From contig CAZOVK010000002.1 in assembly GCA_964583165.1 (NCBI GenBank), positions 14,015 through 78,014 on the forward strand: a DNA stretch of 64,000 nucleotides. Reading direction: 5' to 3'. The DNA comes from an uncultured Defluviitaleaceae bacterium (GTDB lineage: Bacteria; Bacillota; Clostridia; Lachnospirales; WRAX01). Positions 37,866-47,689 of the stretch are shown here, in pieces. The position numbers were made by a program, and so were the translations under genes. Each line of letters opens with the position of its first letter. The stretch's first letter is position 1. The notes below the pieces were generated by a model. It did not search any database. It was given only the letters and a program-made list of their open reading frames with translations, and was not told where the DNA came from.

Positions 37866-38822
37866 TTATCTGCTCTTGCCTAATAAAGTAATTCGCGGAT
37901 CAACGGCGACATAAAGAAGGTCCGTTATGAAAAGTACAATTATGTACATTGCTGCCAAAATAACAGTTTCTCCCATCAATATGGAGATGTCCTGCGCGTT
38001 TACCGAAGTTACATAATACTGCCCAATTCCCGGGATAGCAAAGATACTTTCGATAAAGAACGACCCCGTAATACACATTGCGATAGACATCGGCAGAATA
38101 GTAATTATAGGGATAAAAGAGTTGCGTAAAATATGCTTTCTAATAATAGCCCATCTGCTAAGACCCTTAGACTCTGCTGTGAGCACATAATCTTGACCTA
38201 TAACGTCAAGCATGGATGCTTTTAGTAATCGCGCATAAGTCGCGATATAACCGAAGCAACCGGTCAGCGTAGGCAACACAGTATATTTCCAGCCGCCAAA
38301 GAATAAATCTTTACCCTCGGGCCAACCGATAGTGGGGAACCACTTTAGGTTGCCGGCGAAAATTTTCTGAAGCATTAAGCCGAATACCAAATTTGGCACA
38401 GAAATCATAAGTACCGAAAAAACAATAACAAGATAATCTATAGCTGAACCACGTTTCATTGCGGCTAGTATTCCCAACATAAGTCCGACAAAAACACCAA
38501 GCGTCATTTGCTGGATTCCGAGCCTAGCGGAGACCGGAAGACGCTCTTTAATTAGGCTTTGTACGGTTTGCCCTGCGTGTACGATAGACTCGCCGAAATC
38601 TCCGCGCAATAACCCCTGCATTGTAATAAAATAGCGGGTCATCATTGGCTTATCATAGCCATATCGTTTATAGAAATTTGCCTTTACCTGTGGCGGTAGC
38701 TTTTCCGCTCTTTGTGCAAGAGGGTCGCCGGGAATGGCTTCCAGAAGGAAAAACGTTGCGGTTGCAATCAAAAATAAAGTGAGAATCATTTCAGCCAAGC
38801 GACGCAATAAATATATCCCCAT
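37866..38822 (-). CDS. oppB: Oligopeptide ABC transporter permease
   Basis: IPGDP, GDFGES, QDYVLTAESKGL, IESIFAIPGIG. Confidence 0.92.
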   Translation of the reverse strand: MGIYLLRRLAEMILTLFLIATATFFLLEAIPGDPLAQRAEKLPPQVKANFYKRYGYDKPMMTRYFITMQGLLRGDFGESIVHAGQTVQSLIKERLPVSARLGIQQMTLGVFVGLMLGILAAMKRGSAIDYLVIVFSVLMISVPNLVFGLMLQKIFAGNLKWFPTIGWPEGKDLFFGGWKYTVLPTLTGCFGYIATYARLLKASMLDVIGQDYVLTAESKGLSRWAIIRKHILRNSFIPIITILPMSIAMCITGSFFIESIFAIPGIGQYYVTSVNAQDISILMGETVILAAMYIIVLFITDLLYVAVDPRITLLGKSR

Positions 38823-38927
38823 AGAAATCTCCTATTTGACAAACTCTTATTTCCTTGCAAAACAATGAATCGGTTTTGTACAGGGTACTGCTTTCTTTCG
38901 CTTACCCAGCAATCCATCTTTTAGAAA

Positions 38928-38966
38928 AGAAGCAAAAAAGGCTGTTAGGTAGCCTTTTTTGCTTCT
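38928..38966. terminator. Strong hairpin between oppA and oppB (partial terminator or mRNA stabiliser)
   Basis: agaagcaaaaaaggct / agccttttttgcttct, perfect 16-bp stem, 7-nt loop. Confidence 0.75.
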
Positions 38967-38977
38967 AAGTTTAGCGC

Positions 38978-40738
38978 TTATTTACCTTCGATATAAGTCT
39001 TGTAAACTTCTTGGCTTGCTCCGAAGGAGGAAGTGTGGAAATCCTTAACCCAGTTCTGGATGAAGAAATGGTTGTCATTGTAGTACATCGGAATAAACGC
39101 ACAGTCGTCTACAAGCAGCATTTTTTCGAGATTCTGGTAGATTTCAAAGCGCTTTGACATGTCGTTAAGACCATCTAACGAGTCAAGCATAGCATCAAAA
39201 TCTTTGTTTGAATACAGACCGTAGGATTCGTAGATGCCCGTTTTGAAGATATGAAGGAAATCAAGCGGGTCGTTATAGTCGCTCCACCAGCCGGATGTCA
39301 TAATATCATAGTTGAAGGCATCCTTTTCAGCTGTGAACATCGAGTAATCGCCAACTGTGTTAAGCTCTACTTTACAGCCAATGTTGTTCTCGATAGACTG
39401 TTGGAGATACTCTCTGAGGTTCTGGTCTGTTGTAGCCGAGCCCGATGTCAAAAGCGTAATAGTTACATCTTTTATAGGTGTCGTAACTCCCAGCTCGTCA
39501 AGACCTTTCTGGAAAAGAGCCTGAAGCTTAGCGGGGTCAGCGGAATACTCCTCATACTCGGCAAGAGCCGGTTCAGCAGATTGGTCACGGTACGACGTCC
39601 CGTTGAAAGTAATAGCGGGGGCGATAAGACCATAAGCGGGTACATATCTTCCGTAAACAGCTGAGACGATTTCCTCTCTGCTGATGCTGTAAGAAATGGC
39701 TTTACGAATGTTTACGTTGGCTACTAAGCCCGATTTGCCACCGTTTGTAAACTCAAAACAGAGCATATTGGTGCCGGGGTATTTCGTTGTCATAGACTGG
39801 ACCTTGCCTTCTTTAGCAAGGGCGTCAAACTTAGCAATATAATCGCCGGCGGCGCTGATAACATCAAGCTGACCGTTTTCAAACATTGTAGCTGCCGTAG
39901 CCGCTTCGGGAACAGCAAACCAGTTTACCTTTTCAAGCTTTACATTGGCTGCATCCCAGTAATGTTGGTTCTTTTCCCAAACCATTTTGTTGTCTTCTTT
40001 AATATCTATTACAACAAACGGCCCGTTGTAAACGCAAAGCTTCCAGTCTTTACCCCAGTTTTCGCCGGCGGCTTCTGCAATATCTTCTCTTGTTGGGTAA
40101 AGAGGAGTAGCAACAAGCTTCGTCTCGAAAGTCGGGTCAGCTATCTTTAGTTTTACTTCAAATGTGTAATCGTCAACAGCTTTAACGCCAACAGCGTCAA
40201 CGCTGCCCGTACCGTTGTAATACTCTTCAGCGCCAACTACATTGAAGATAAACGCAGAGTAGTGGTAACCATGGTCGGGGTTAAGCAAACGCGTCCAACC
40301 ATAAACATAATCAGCGGCTGTAACAGGCTTGCCGTCAGACCATTTAGCGTCTTTTCTCAGATTAAATGTATATGTAAGACCGTCTTCTGATACGTTAATC
40401 TTTTCTGCGCCTGCAAGAACGTATGTGTCACCGTTTTCATCTGCTACGTCGCGGAGCAAACCTTCATAACAAGCAGCCATCATCCAACGCCAGCCCATAT
40501 CCTGTACGTCGAAGTTTGTCCCAAAGCCTGCTGCTCTAAGGTTGAGTTCTTGAACATCGTTATTTGTAGATGCGGATGGCGTCGGGGTTGCCGCCGTTGT
40601 AGGTGTTGCCGCCGACGGGGTTACCGACGGGGTAGTTGTAGCCGAAGGTGATGTGCTAGCCGAACCGCAGCCTGACAGAGCGCCTGCTACCATGAGAGTG
40701 GCAAGTCCCATTGAGAGTAACTTACTTACCTTTTTCAT
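38978..40738 (-). CDS. oppA: Oligopeptide-binding lipoprotein
   Basis: Lipobox LSGC, T/P/S linker, YTFNLRKDAKWSDGKPVTAADY, NGPF. Confidence 0.9.
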   Translation of the reverse strand: MKKVSKLLSMGLATLMVAGALSGCGSASTSPSATTTPSVTPSAATPTTAATPTPSASTNNDVQELNLRAAGFGTNFDVQDMGWRWMMAACYEGLLRDVADENGDTYVLAGAEKINVSEDGLTYTFNLRKDAKWSDGKPVTAADYVYGWTRLLNPDHGYHYSAFIFNVVGAEEYYNGTGSVDAVGVKAVDDYTFEVKLKIADPTFETKLVATPLYPTREDIAEAAGENWGKDWKLCVYNGPFVVIDIKEDNKMVWEKNQHYWDAANVKLEKVNWFAVPEAATAATMFENGQLDVISAAGDYIAKFDALAKEGKVQSMTTKYPGTNMLCFEFTNGGKSGLVANVNIRKAISYSISREEIVSAVYGRYVPAYGLIAPAITFNGTSYRDQSAEPALAEYEEYSADPAKLQALFQKGLDELGVTTPIKDVTITLLTSGSATTDQNLREYLQQSIENNIGCKVELNTVGDYSMFTAEKDAFNYDIMTSGWWSDYNDPLDFLHIFKTGIYESYGLYSNKDFDAMLDSLDGLNDMSKRFEIYQNLEKMLLVDDCAFIPMYYNDNHFFIQNWVKDFHTSSFGASQEVYKTYIEGK

Positions 40739-40877
40739 TATTTACCTCCTTAGGCGTCTTAAGCCTGATTAGTCATTCAAGCTCGCGCCATTATAAAATA
40801 TATAAACAAAACGGCTGATACAGGCAAACTGTATAAATTGCTGTCATCCGTTATGTTTTATATCTCAAACATTCATT

Positions 40878-40906
40878 AGTATACTTCTTATCTTTGGCAT
40901 TGTCAA
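40878..40906 (-). promoter_or_regulatory. Sigma-A promoter of the opp operon
   Basis: TTGACA (40906-40901)-17-TATACT (40883-40878). Confidence 0.8.
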
Positions 40907-41113
40907 TAAAAAAATAAGCAGTAGCGATTTTGCTTTTGTCAGACTAGATACATATTTAGTACCGATAGGCAAAAATTGTGATTTAAGCCCTACCTTTTCG
41001 CAGTGAGGAACAGAAAAGGAGGGCTCGCCATCGTTAAGTCTAGTATTTAATTGTAAATACTATCAGTGGTTTAATTACCGACGTCGGGTTTAGCCGACGG
41101 AATTTGTGCGTTA

Positions 41114-41941
41114 CTAATAATTGCCGCCCATTTTCAGTAGGCGTTTTTGCGAAAAGCTATAGTGCTTATTGCCGGCAATAATGATGTGGTCAACAACCAG
41201 CAAATCCATGACTTTCATCGCATTTAGAATTGCTTCTGTGGCGCGGATATCCTCGTTTGAGGGCATAGGGTTACCGCCGGGGTGATTGTGCGCGACTATT
41301 ACGCAAGCGGCATGGTGCTTAATAGTGGCAGCAATAATATCCTTGGGGTAGAGCACAATCTCATTCACACTGCCACGATATAGTAGTTCCGATTGTATTA
41401 ACTGCCGCTGTGTATCTAGGCAAATCAGGTAGAAGGCCTCGACGGTTTCTCCGATAAACAGCCCTCTCGCATATGCTACGGCGGTTTCAGGCGAATCAAT
41501 CGTTACTTTGCCCAGCGGCCATTTAGCCTTTTGGTATGCCTTTAACACATGTGGCATCATTGACAGCAATACTGCGCAATTAAGCGTAATGCCGCCATCC
41601 TTATGAAGAACATACGGCGGTGTATCAAGAACAGCCGAAAGCGACCCGAACTGTTTGATTAGGCGCTTGGCGAGTGGCTTTGTGTCCTTTTGAGGTATGG
41701 TATAGAATAATAGCATCTCCAAGACCTCATAATCGAAAAAATCATCCATGCCGCTCTCAATGAATTTAATACGCTGACGCTCGCGATGCCCGTCGTTTTG
41801 CTCGCGCTTCTCAATCTCTGCCGCTGTAAGAACGCGCTTTCCGCGTCTTCTCGTAGGTTGTTTTTCCGCCGGTTTATCCATCGGTTTATCCAAAGAAGCG
41901 TCGTAGGGTATTTCGTAGGGTTCTCTTTGGACTTCGCTCAC
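41114..41941 (-). CDS. radC: RadC family (JAB domain) protein
   Basis: GHRERQR, EVLEMLL, HNHPGGNPMPSNEDI, DHIII. Confidence 0.92.
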   Translation of the reverse strand: MSEVQREPYEIPYDASLDKPMDKPAEKQPTRRRGKRVLTAAEIEKREQNDGHRERQRIKFIESGMDDFFDYEVLEMLLFYTIPQKDTKPLAKRLIKQFGSLSAVLDTPPYVLHKDGGITLNCAVLLSMMPHVLKAYQKAKWPLGKVTIDSPETAVAYARGLFIGETVEAFYLICLDTQRQLIQSELLYRGSVNEIVLYPKDIIAATIKHHAACVIVAHNHPGGNPMPSNEDIRATEAILNAMKVMDLLVVDHIIIAGNKHYSFSQKRLLKMGGNY

Positions 41942-41998
41942 AATATTCTCCTTAAACCATAATTACGGCAAGGCGCATGAACGCTTTGCCGAAGAATT

Positions 41999-42469
41999 TT
42001 ATATTTCCGTAGTATCAAGAATTGCCGTCAAATCGCTAAAACGCCCGCTATAGATGTCATTTAGAAGCCCGTCCATAATATCAAGCGCGCTACAGGCAAT
42101 ATCTGTGGTTATTATACCGCTTTTGAGCATCTCCCCTAACTCTGCCAAATCCATGACCTTGACAAAATCATTCTCATAAACAATACAATCCAGCAACAAA
42201 TCAGTAAAAACCAGCCTGTCTTCAAACTTCTCGGTGTCAATGATGTCGCAATAGTAGTACATAAACTGCTTGTCCTTGTCGAAAAACTTACTGATTTTCA
42301 CGCCGCGACTGATGTAATAGCAACTCAGCCCGAACGCGAAATCCGGTCGCGGCTTGATTGTTTGCCATTTTGTCACGATAATGTCGTCCGAAAATCTTAC
42401 AATGCCGTCCTTGCTCAACTCTACAATTTCGTCAGGAACATAACGCCGTCTGAACAGTTTCGGATACAC
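41999..42469 (-). CDS. DUF402 family protein
   Basis: YYYCDII, FTDLLLD, VMDLAEL pattern. Confidence 0.75.
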   Translation of the reverse strand: MYPKLFRRRYVPDEIVELSKDGIVRFSDDIIVTKWQTIKPRPDFAFGLSCYYISRGVKISKFFDKDKQFMYYYCDIIDTEKFEDRLVFTDLLLDCIVYENDFVKVMDLAELGEMLKSGIITTDIACSALDIMDGLLNDIYSGRFSDLTAILDTTEI

Positions 42470-42483
42470 CTGCCACCCCCCAA

Positions 42484-43977
42484 TTATTTCAAAGCGCTTT
42501 CAAGCGCCTTTATGACTATTTCAAGTGTGCGGATACGTGCGTATTTCTTGCTGTTCGCTTCTATTATATGCCAAGGTGCATAGGCTGTCTGTGTTTGGAG
42601 GAGCATTTCGTTGACTGCGTCCTCGTATGCCTGCCACTTCTCGCGGTTGCGCCAGTCCTCGTCGGTGATTTTGTATGTTTTGAGGGGGTTTGTCATTCGC
42701 GCATTAAAGCGGCTCAACTGCTCGTCCTTGTCAATCTGCAACCAAAATTTCAAGACAATGGTGCCATTGTTAGCCATGTGCTTTTCCATGTCGTTGATTT
42801 CGCCGAACGCGCGTTGCCATTCGTCTGCCGTCGCGAATCCTTCGACGCGCTCAACCAACACGCGCCCATACCAACTGCGGTCAAAAATCGCCATGTGCCC
42901 GTCCTTAGGCATCCTGTTCCAGAAACGCCAGAGGTAGTGGTGTGACAGCTCAACAGGTGTAGGTGCGGCAATTGAAATGACATCATATCCGCGCGGGTCA
43001 ACCTCTTGTGTGAGCCGTTTTATATTCCCACCCTTGCCCGACGCATCCCAGCCTTCATAAACAATGACAACACTCTTGCGCTTAGCATAAAGCCCGAACA
43101 TGAGTTGCGCCATGCGCGCCTGCAATTGCGCTAGCTTCACCTTATAATCTGCGTCAGAAATATCCTTATTAAGCATCACACCGTCGAGCACATTCAGCAA
43201 CTCAGGGGCAGGGTGCTTATACGGCGTTTGGGCGGGTATGTGGATCTTCGCTTCCTTACGCCCAATCTCTGCCCTTAGACGCTTCAACAACGTCCGATAG
43301 ATTTTCAGCGTCGCATAACTGCCGTCATCAGCCTCGACAATAACCCATGGGTTGTTAATCGTTGACGTACTTACGAGCATGTCATCATACTGTTTGAGTG
43401 CCTTCTCATATTCGCGGTTCTGGCGCAAATCGTTCTGGTCAACACGCCATGACGTGTTTGTGCTCTTTTGCAACTCCGCGAAACGGTTCTTTTGCTCGGT
43501 CTTGCTAATATGTAGAAAGAATTTCACAACGAGAACACCGTCATCCGACAGCATACGCTCAAACGCGTTGACATCATGGTGGAAGTGTTTGCGCTCGTTC
43601 TCGGTGAGTTGCCAGTTCTCGTTAGCGTCTGACAGGCAAAGCCTGTGCCAGCTCTTATCGAAGATGGCAATACGACCGCGCTCGGGCGTTTTCGTCCAAT
43701 ATGACCACAAAAACGGCCTATAACGCATTTCTTCGGTCACGCGCCCGAACGTGTGAACGTCAAACAAACGCGGGTCAAGCGGATAAAGTAACCGCGCAAT
43801 CTGCGTGCCCTTGCCTGAGCTGGAAAAGCCCTCAAACACAATCATAACGGGAATGCCCAATTCCTTAATTTTGAGTTGAGCGGCCGCCAATTCTGCCTGC
43901 AGTTCTTTTAACTCGTTTTTATACGTCTGCTTGTCGGCTCGTTTTTTCAAATCTACATTATTAAGCAAAACTCTCAC
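42484..43977 (-). CDS. ppk2: Two-domain polyphosphate kinase 2 (polyphosphate:AMP phosphotransferase type)
   Basis: Two PPK2 domains: EGFSSSGKG and EGWDASGKGG, FDK/RSWY, KITDEDWRNREKW. Confidence 0.9.
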   Translation of the reverse strand: MRVLLNNVDLKKRADKQTYKNELKELQAELAAAQLKIKELGIPVMIVFEGFSSSGKGTQIARLLYPLDPRLFDVHTFGRVTEEMRYRPFLWSYWTKTPERGRIAIFDKSWHRLCLSDANENWQLTENERKHFHHDVNAFERMLSDDGVLVVKFFLHISKTEQKNRFAELQKSTNTSWRVDQNDLRQNREYEKALKQYDDMLVSTSTINNPWVIVEADDGSYATLKIYRTLLKRLRAEIGRKEAKIHIPAQTPYKHPAPELLNVLDGVMLNKDISDADYKVKLAQLQARMAQLMFGLYAKRKSVVIVYEGWDASGKGGNIKRLTQEVDPRGYDVISIAAPTPVELSHHYLWRFWNRMPKDGHMAIFDRSWYGRVLVERVEGFATADEWQRAFGEINDMEKHMANNGTIVLKFWLQIDKDEQLSRFNARMTNPLKTYKITDEDWRNREKWQAYEDAVNEMLLQTQTAYAPWHIIEANSKKYARIRTLEIVIKALESALK

Positions 43978-43981
43978 CCTT

Positions 43982-44614
43982 TCAGTTAACGCGTAAGCTC
44001 GTCAAATCCAACTCCGCGGTTTTTTCCAAAAAACTGCGTGCCGTGTTATAGAGCGTTCTACCTGCGCCCTCGGCAACCCTAAAGCGAAAGGTTTTGGCAA
44101 TATCCGATTCCAGTATGTAATCAATAGCCGCGACAACCGAGTTATCAGCATCCGCATAAAAACCGCGTTCAGGCGATAGCCCTTCCATTTGAAGTAGCTT
44201 CAGCATAAACGCCGCCCTTACGCCGTCAATGCCCAAATCCCCGTTTTGCAGCATGTTCAGCGCCAACAACAACAAATGTAAACAATTCTCTGATGCCATA
44301 CCGGGGTATATCAGCTTGTCAGACAACTCCAGCATCAAAAAGGCCGCATAGAGCTTGTCTAAATCGGCGCAAATCCCCGAAAAATCCAACACCGTATCAA
44401 TCTGTGTCACTGACAGAGAGTTGCCTCGCTTAAAGACCACAAAGTCGTTATAGACCAGTAATTTTCCGCCAGCCAGATATCGGCTCTTAGGTTTTCTCGC
44501 GCCTTTCGCAAAAAGGGAAAGCTTCCCGTGGCTCTTCGTCAGAACCGTTAGAAGCTTGTCCCCATCGCCGTAAGGCTTCTCATTGATAATCAGCCCGCGC
44601 ACGTCAAAAGTCAC
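43982..44614 (-). CDS. recO: DNA repair protein RecO (short, no C4 zinc module)
   Basis: GLIINEKPYGDGDKLLTVLTKSHGK...AKGARKPKS; located downstream of era. Confidence 0.85.
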   Translation of the reverse strand: MTFDVRGLIINEKPYGDGDKLLTVLTKSHGKLSLFAKGARKPKSRYLAGGKLLVYNDFVVFKRGNSLSVTQIDTVLDFSGICADLDKLYAAFLMLELSDKLIYPGMASENCLHLLLLALNMLQNGDLGIDGVRAAFMLKLLQMEGLSPERGFYADADNSVVAAIDYILESDIAKTFRFRVAEGAGRTLYNTARSFLEKTAELDLTSLRVN

Positions 44615-44718
44615 AGCGCGTCATGCCCCTGATTGCGGTTTTCACCGCGTTTGTATTGCAAATATGCCGAAATGGAGCCGGACTCCATGAACAGTTTCCA
44701 AAGCTGCTCTTGTTTCAT
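44611..44718 (-). CDS. yqzL: YqzL-family small protein (missing from the ORF track)
   Basis: MKQEQLWKLFMESGSISAYLQYKRGENRNQGHDAL*; AAGGGGG RBS; between era and recO; GTGA overlap with recO. Confidence 0.75.
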   Translation of the reverse strand: MKQEQLWKLFMESGSISAYLQYKRGENRNQGHDAL

Positions 44719-44795
44719 AAAATCCCCCTTTACGTGAGTCCATGATGTTAGTTATATTTTTTACAATCGGCATGGTCATATGCTGAAAATTATTG

Positions 44796-45701
44796 CTAAT
44801 CGCTGATTGTATATCCGAAGTCGCGCACATAGCGTTCAGAATCGCGCCAGTCTTTCTTGACCTTAACCCAGAGCGACAAATGCACCTGATTCCCGAGCAA
44901 ACGCTCAATGCCGCGGCGTGATTGGATGCCGATTTCTTTGAGTTTTGCGCCATGTTTGCCGATTATTATGGCCTTATGTGTGTCTTTTTCACAATAGATG
45001 TTCGCCTCAATCTCGACAATCGGCTTGTCATCGCGTGTTTTCATTGAAAAAATCTCAATGGCAATACCATGCGGGATTTCATCGGACAACAGCCACAACG
45101 CCTTTTCGCGTATAAGCTCCGCCGCTATCTGTTTTTCGGGTTGGTCGGTCACCATATCTTCGGGGAAGTATCGCGGCCCTTCAGGCAGATAGTTCACAAT
45201 CGTTTTAAGCAATTCGTCGGTATTGTCGCCATTTTGCGCCGAAATTGGTATTATCTCCTTAAAAACGCCAAGCTTTGAATACTTATCTATAATCTCCAAC
45301 AATCGCGAAAACTCTACAGTGTCGAGTTTGTTGATAACAAGGAAAACAGGCACGTTCGATTTTTTCAACATCTCAATAATCGCGAGGTTCTCCTCTGAAA
45401 TCTTGCCGCGCGGTTCAACGAGAAAAAGAACGACATCTGCGCCGTTCACGCTCGACTGCGCCTGTGACACCATATAGCGCCCCAATCGCGTTTTCGGCGT
45501 ATGAATGCCGGGCGTGTCTAGAAAAACCATTTGGTAACCATCGCCCGACAGAATCCCCGTTATCTTGTTGCGCGTCGTCTGCTCCTTGACGCTCGTAATC
45601 GCGACCTTAAAATTCAACAGTTTGTTCATAAGTGTCGATTTACCGACATTCGGCACGCCGACAATTGCAATAAATCCGGATTTATAAGCCATTCTATTCA
45701 A
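44796..45701 (-). CDS. era: GTPase Era
   Basis: GVPNVGKST, QTTR, DTPG, NKLD, KH domain IIIGKHG. Confidence 0.97.
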   Translation of the reverse strand: MNRMAYKSGFIAIVGVPNVGKSTLMNKLLNFKVAITSVKEQTTRNKITGILSGDGYQMVFLDTPGIHTPKTRLGRYMVSQAQSSVNGADVVLFLVEPRGKISEENLAIIEMLKKSNVPVFLVINKLDTVEFSRLLEIIDKYSKLGVFKEIIPISAQNGDNTDELLKTIVNYLPEGPRYFPEDMVTDQPEKQIAAELIREKALWLLSDEIPHGIAIEIFSMKTRDDKPIVEIEANIYCEKDTHKAIIIGKHGAKLKEIGIQSRRGIERLLGNQVHLSLWVKVKKDWRDSERYVRDFGYTISD

Positions 45702-46812
45702 ACACTACCTCTATACCAGTATTTATAACACAAATCCATGTTTTACCTTTGTTTACCTTTAACTTGTTGCCGTTTTGGTCAAACCATTGCGTCGCCGAGA
45801 AATGACCCGTTTTCTTCCACTTGATGGGCATATACTGACCATTCGTGATAAGAAGCCCGTCGCCCTCCGTAATCAGCTCAACGGCACGCCGTCCTTCTGG
45901 GTCATTCGGTATTACCCACATCTTCGCGAACTGAATGACAACATTTGTGACCGTCAACTGTTCGCCTGTTTCTTCATCTATCTGCTCTGCGCCGTATTCA
46001 AAACGGCTGTATAATCCCGTTTGGGGGTCAAATTCAAACCGCGGGGTGAACGTTTTCGCGAATGGCACAGTCACAGTTAACGCCTTTTGTCCGCCCAACA
46101 TGGTGGGCTTCTCGTAAAAGTCAAACAACGGCGCAATATCCGCATTTGTTTCCATACGATAACCGAGCTTCTCCGATTGCGCAAGCAGACGTGACACGGC
46201 CGTATACGAACTATGCTCATACATGCCCGACTGTTTCACACGCACGGGGTCACGCTGAAAAACCGTACCATCATAGTCCATGCCGTCAATATTGTTGATT
46301 TTGAGCTCTCGAAGTGCCTTTATAGCCCCGGGGCTTCTGCCGTGATGTATGAAAATCGCGTCATGGTCAAGCCCGAAATCTATGAAATAATCCCGCGTAC
46401 TGCGAACAGGGCCTATTTTCTCACTGCTAAAATCAGAAAACACCGCAATAATGCGCGTGATGTCGCTTTCAGCAAGCACTTCATGGTACATGCCCGCTTG
46501 TGAAAGACCACTTTGGGGCAGGGCTTTCTTCATATTATTTATGACAATCGAAAACGGTCGCCGAGCCGCAACTGCCTTGTCAATCAAATTGCCCGTGAGT
46601 GGGTCGGGCGCAAGGTGTGACAAGTCAGGCGTTGGTTCGGGTGTGGGTGACGGTGTTGGAGTAGGCGTAGGCGTTGGAGTAGGGGAGGGTGTGCCGCTCG
46701 GTGTGGGCGTTGGTGTTGCCGAAACCTCAGCCGAAGCCGGAACTGCTGATTTACAGCCCGCCATACCCATTACAAAAATCAAAACCAGTAAGATAACCCA
46801 AGTACGTCGCAT
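45694..46812 (-). CDS. DUF3048 (YerB-like) lipoprotein
   Basis: Lipobox MAGC, PT linker, PQSGLSQA, ITR, GPVRSTR. Confidence 0.85.
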   Translation of the reverse strand: MRRTWVILLVLIFVMGMAGCKSAVPASAEVSATPTPTPSGTPSPTPTPTPTPTPSPTPEPTPDLSHLAPDPLTGNLIDKAVAARRPFSIVINNMKKALPQSGLSQAGMYHEVLAESDITRIIAVFSDFSSEKIGPVRSTRDYFIDFGLDHDAIFIHHGRSPGAIKALRELKINNIDGMDYDGTVFQRDPVRVKQSGMYEHSSYTAVSRLLAQSEKLGYRMETNADIAPLFDFYEKPTMLGGQKALTVTVPFAKTFTPRFEFDPQTGLYSRFEYGAEQIDEETGEQLTVTNVVIQFAKMWVIPNDPEGRRAVELITEGDGLLITNGQYMPIKWKKTGHFSATQWFDQNGNKLKVNKGKTWICVINTGIEVVFE

Positions 46813-46871
46813 CTCGTCCCCCGCCATTACCGTATTTTAACATAGATTGTCCGAAACTGTAAATAACCAAA

Positions 46872-47657
46872 TTATTCCGTTGCTTTTTCGTTCTTATAAG
46901 CAATATACATCTTGTAGATACCAAATACAGACCGCCCAAAGACCACACCAAGGACGGCTTCAGCCGCCCAGATACCTCCGTACCCGGCAGCTAGCGGAAC
47001 AACGAAATCAACAATCGTGTGCATCAGTAAAATATAGACAAAGCCATACAGCGTTCGCCCTTTACGAATCATGTACAACAGCAACACACTCAAAAAGATA
47101 TGGAAGCCCATAGTGAACAATCGTTCAATACCCGCCGCAAGGTACATACTCGTGGGCGTAGTAATCAGTGTGTTAGCTATAAGATTAGCCAATTCAGAAT
47201 TACCGCCCGCGAATGACACAAGAACTTCGGTATCTCCCGTATTTACGACTAACGCATAACTAATATTGTTGATATAGCTGAACCCAACCAGCACGATGGC
47301 TTCAATGCCACCATGCCCAAGCCCCGCCGCAAATCCGTCTTTGAAATCTTCCTTGCCTTTGAGCAAAAGTTTAAACACGGCCAATCGCCCTACTGACTCG
47401 AACAGCCCTGCCGTAAACGCGAGTACAAGAGCTGTGACAACAGGTGGCAACGCCCCAAGCGCGGCACTCACAGGTTGTAAGCTCAACAGCGGTATACGCA
47501 CAATAAGTTGTGGCACGATAAAACCTAAAGAACCCCAAATGACCGCCACGCCGCTAATCTTTTTCTTGGCCGCAAGGATGACGAACAGCAATATCGGCAG
47601 AACAAAACTTATGGTGAGTGTAAAGAACATCGTCACAAAGGTGGTTGCGGGAATCAT
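46872..47657 (-). CDS. YhfC-family intramembrane glutamic endopeptidase
   Basis: AGLFESVGR, GLGHGGIEA, ERLF..HI, HTIVDF. Confidence 0.85.
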   Translation of the reverse strand: MIPATTFVTMFFTLTISFVLPILLFVILAAKKKISGVAVIWGSLGFIVPQLIVRIPLLSLQPVSAALGALPPVVTALVLAFTAGLFESVGRLAVFKLLLKGKEDFKDGFAAGLGHGGIEAIVLVGFSYINNISYALVVNTGDTEVLVSFAGGNSELANLIANTLITTPTSMYLAAGIERLFTMGFHIFLSVLLLYMIRKGRTLYGFVYILLMHTIVDFVVPLAAGYGGIWAAEAVLGVVFGRSVFGIYKMYIAYKNEKATE

Positions 47658-47689
47658 TAGTACCTCCGATAATCAACGTCAAGTGGGAA

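Noticed and set aside
40740-40880. opp leader examined for a riboswitch or T-box
   Set aside because: No recognisable aptamer or T-box motif and no clear leader terminator.
44642-44953. 103-aa ORF between era and recO
   Set aside because: It overlaps the era 3' end; a different frame holds the well-supported yqzL with an RBS.
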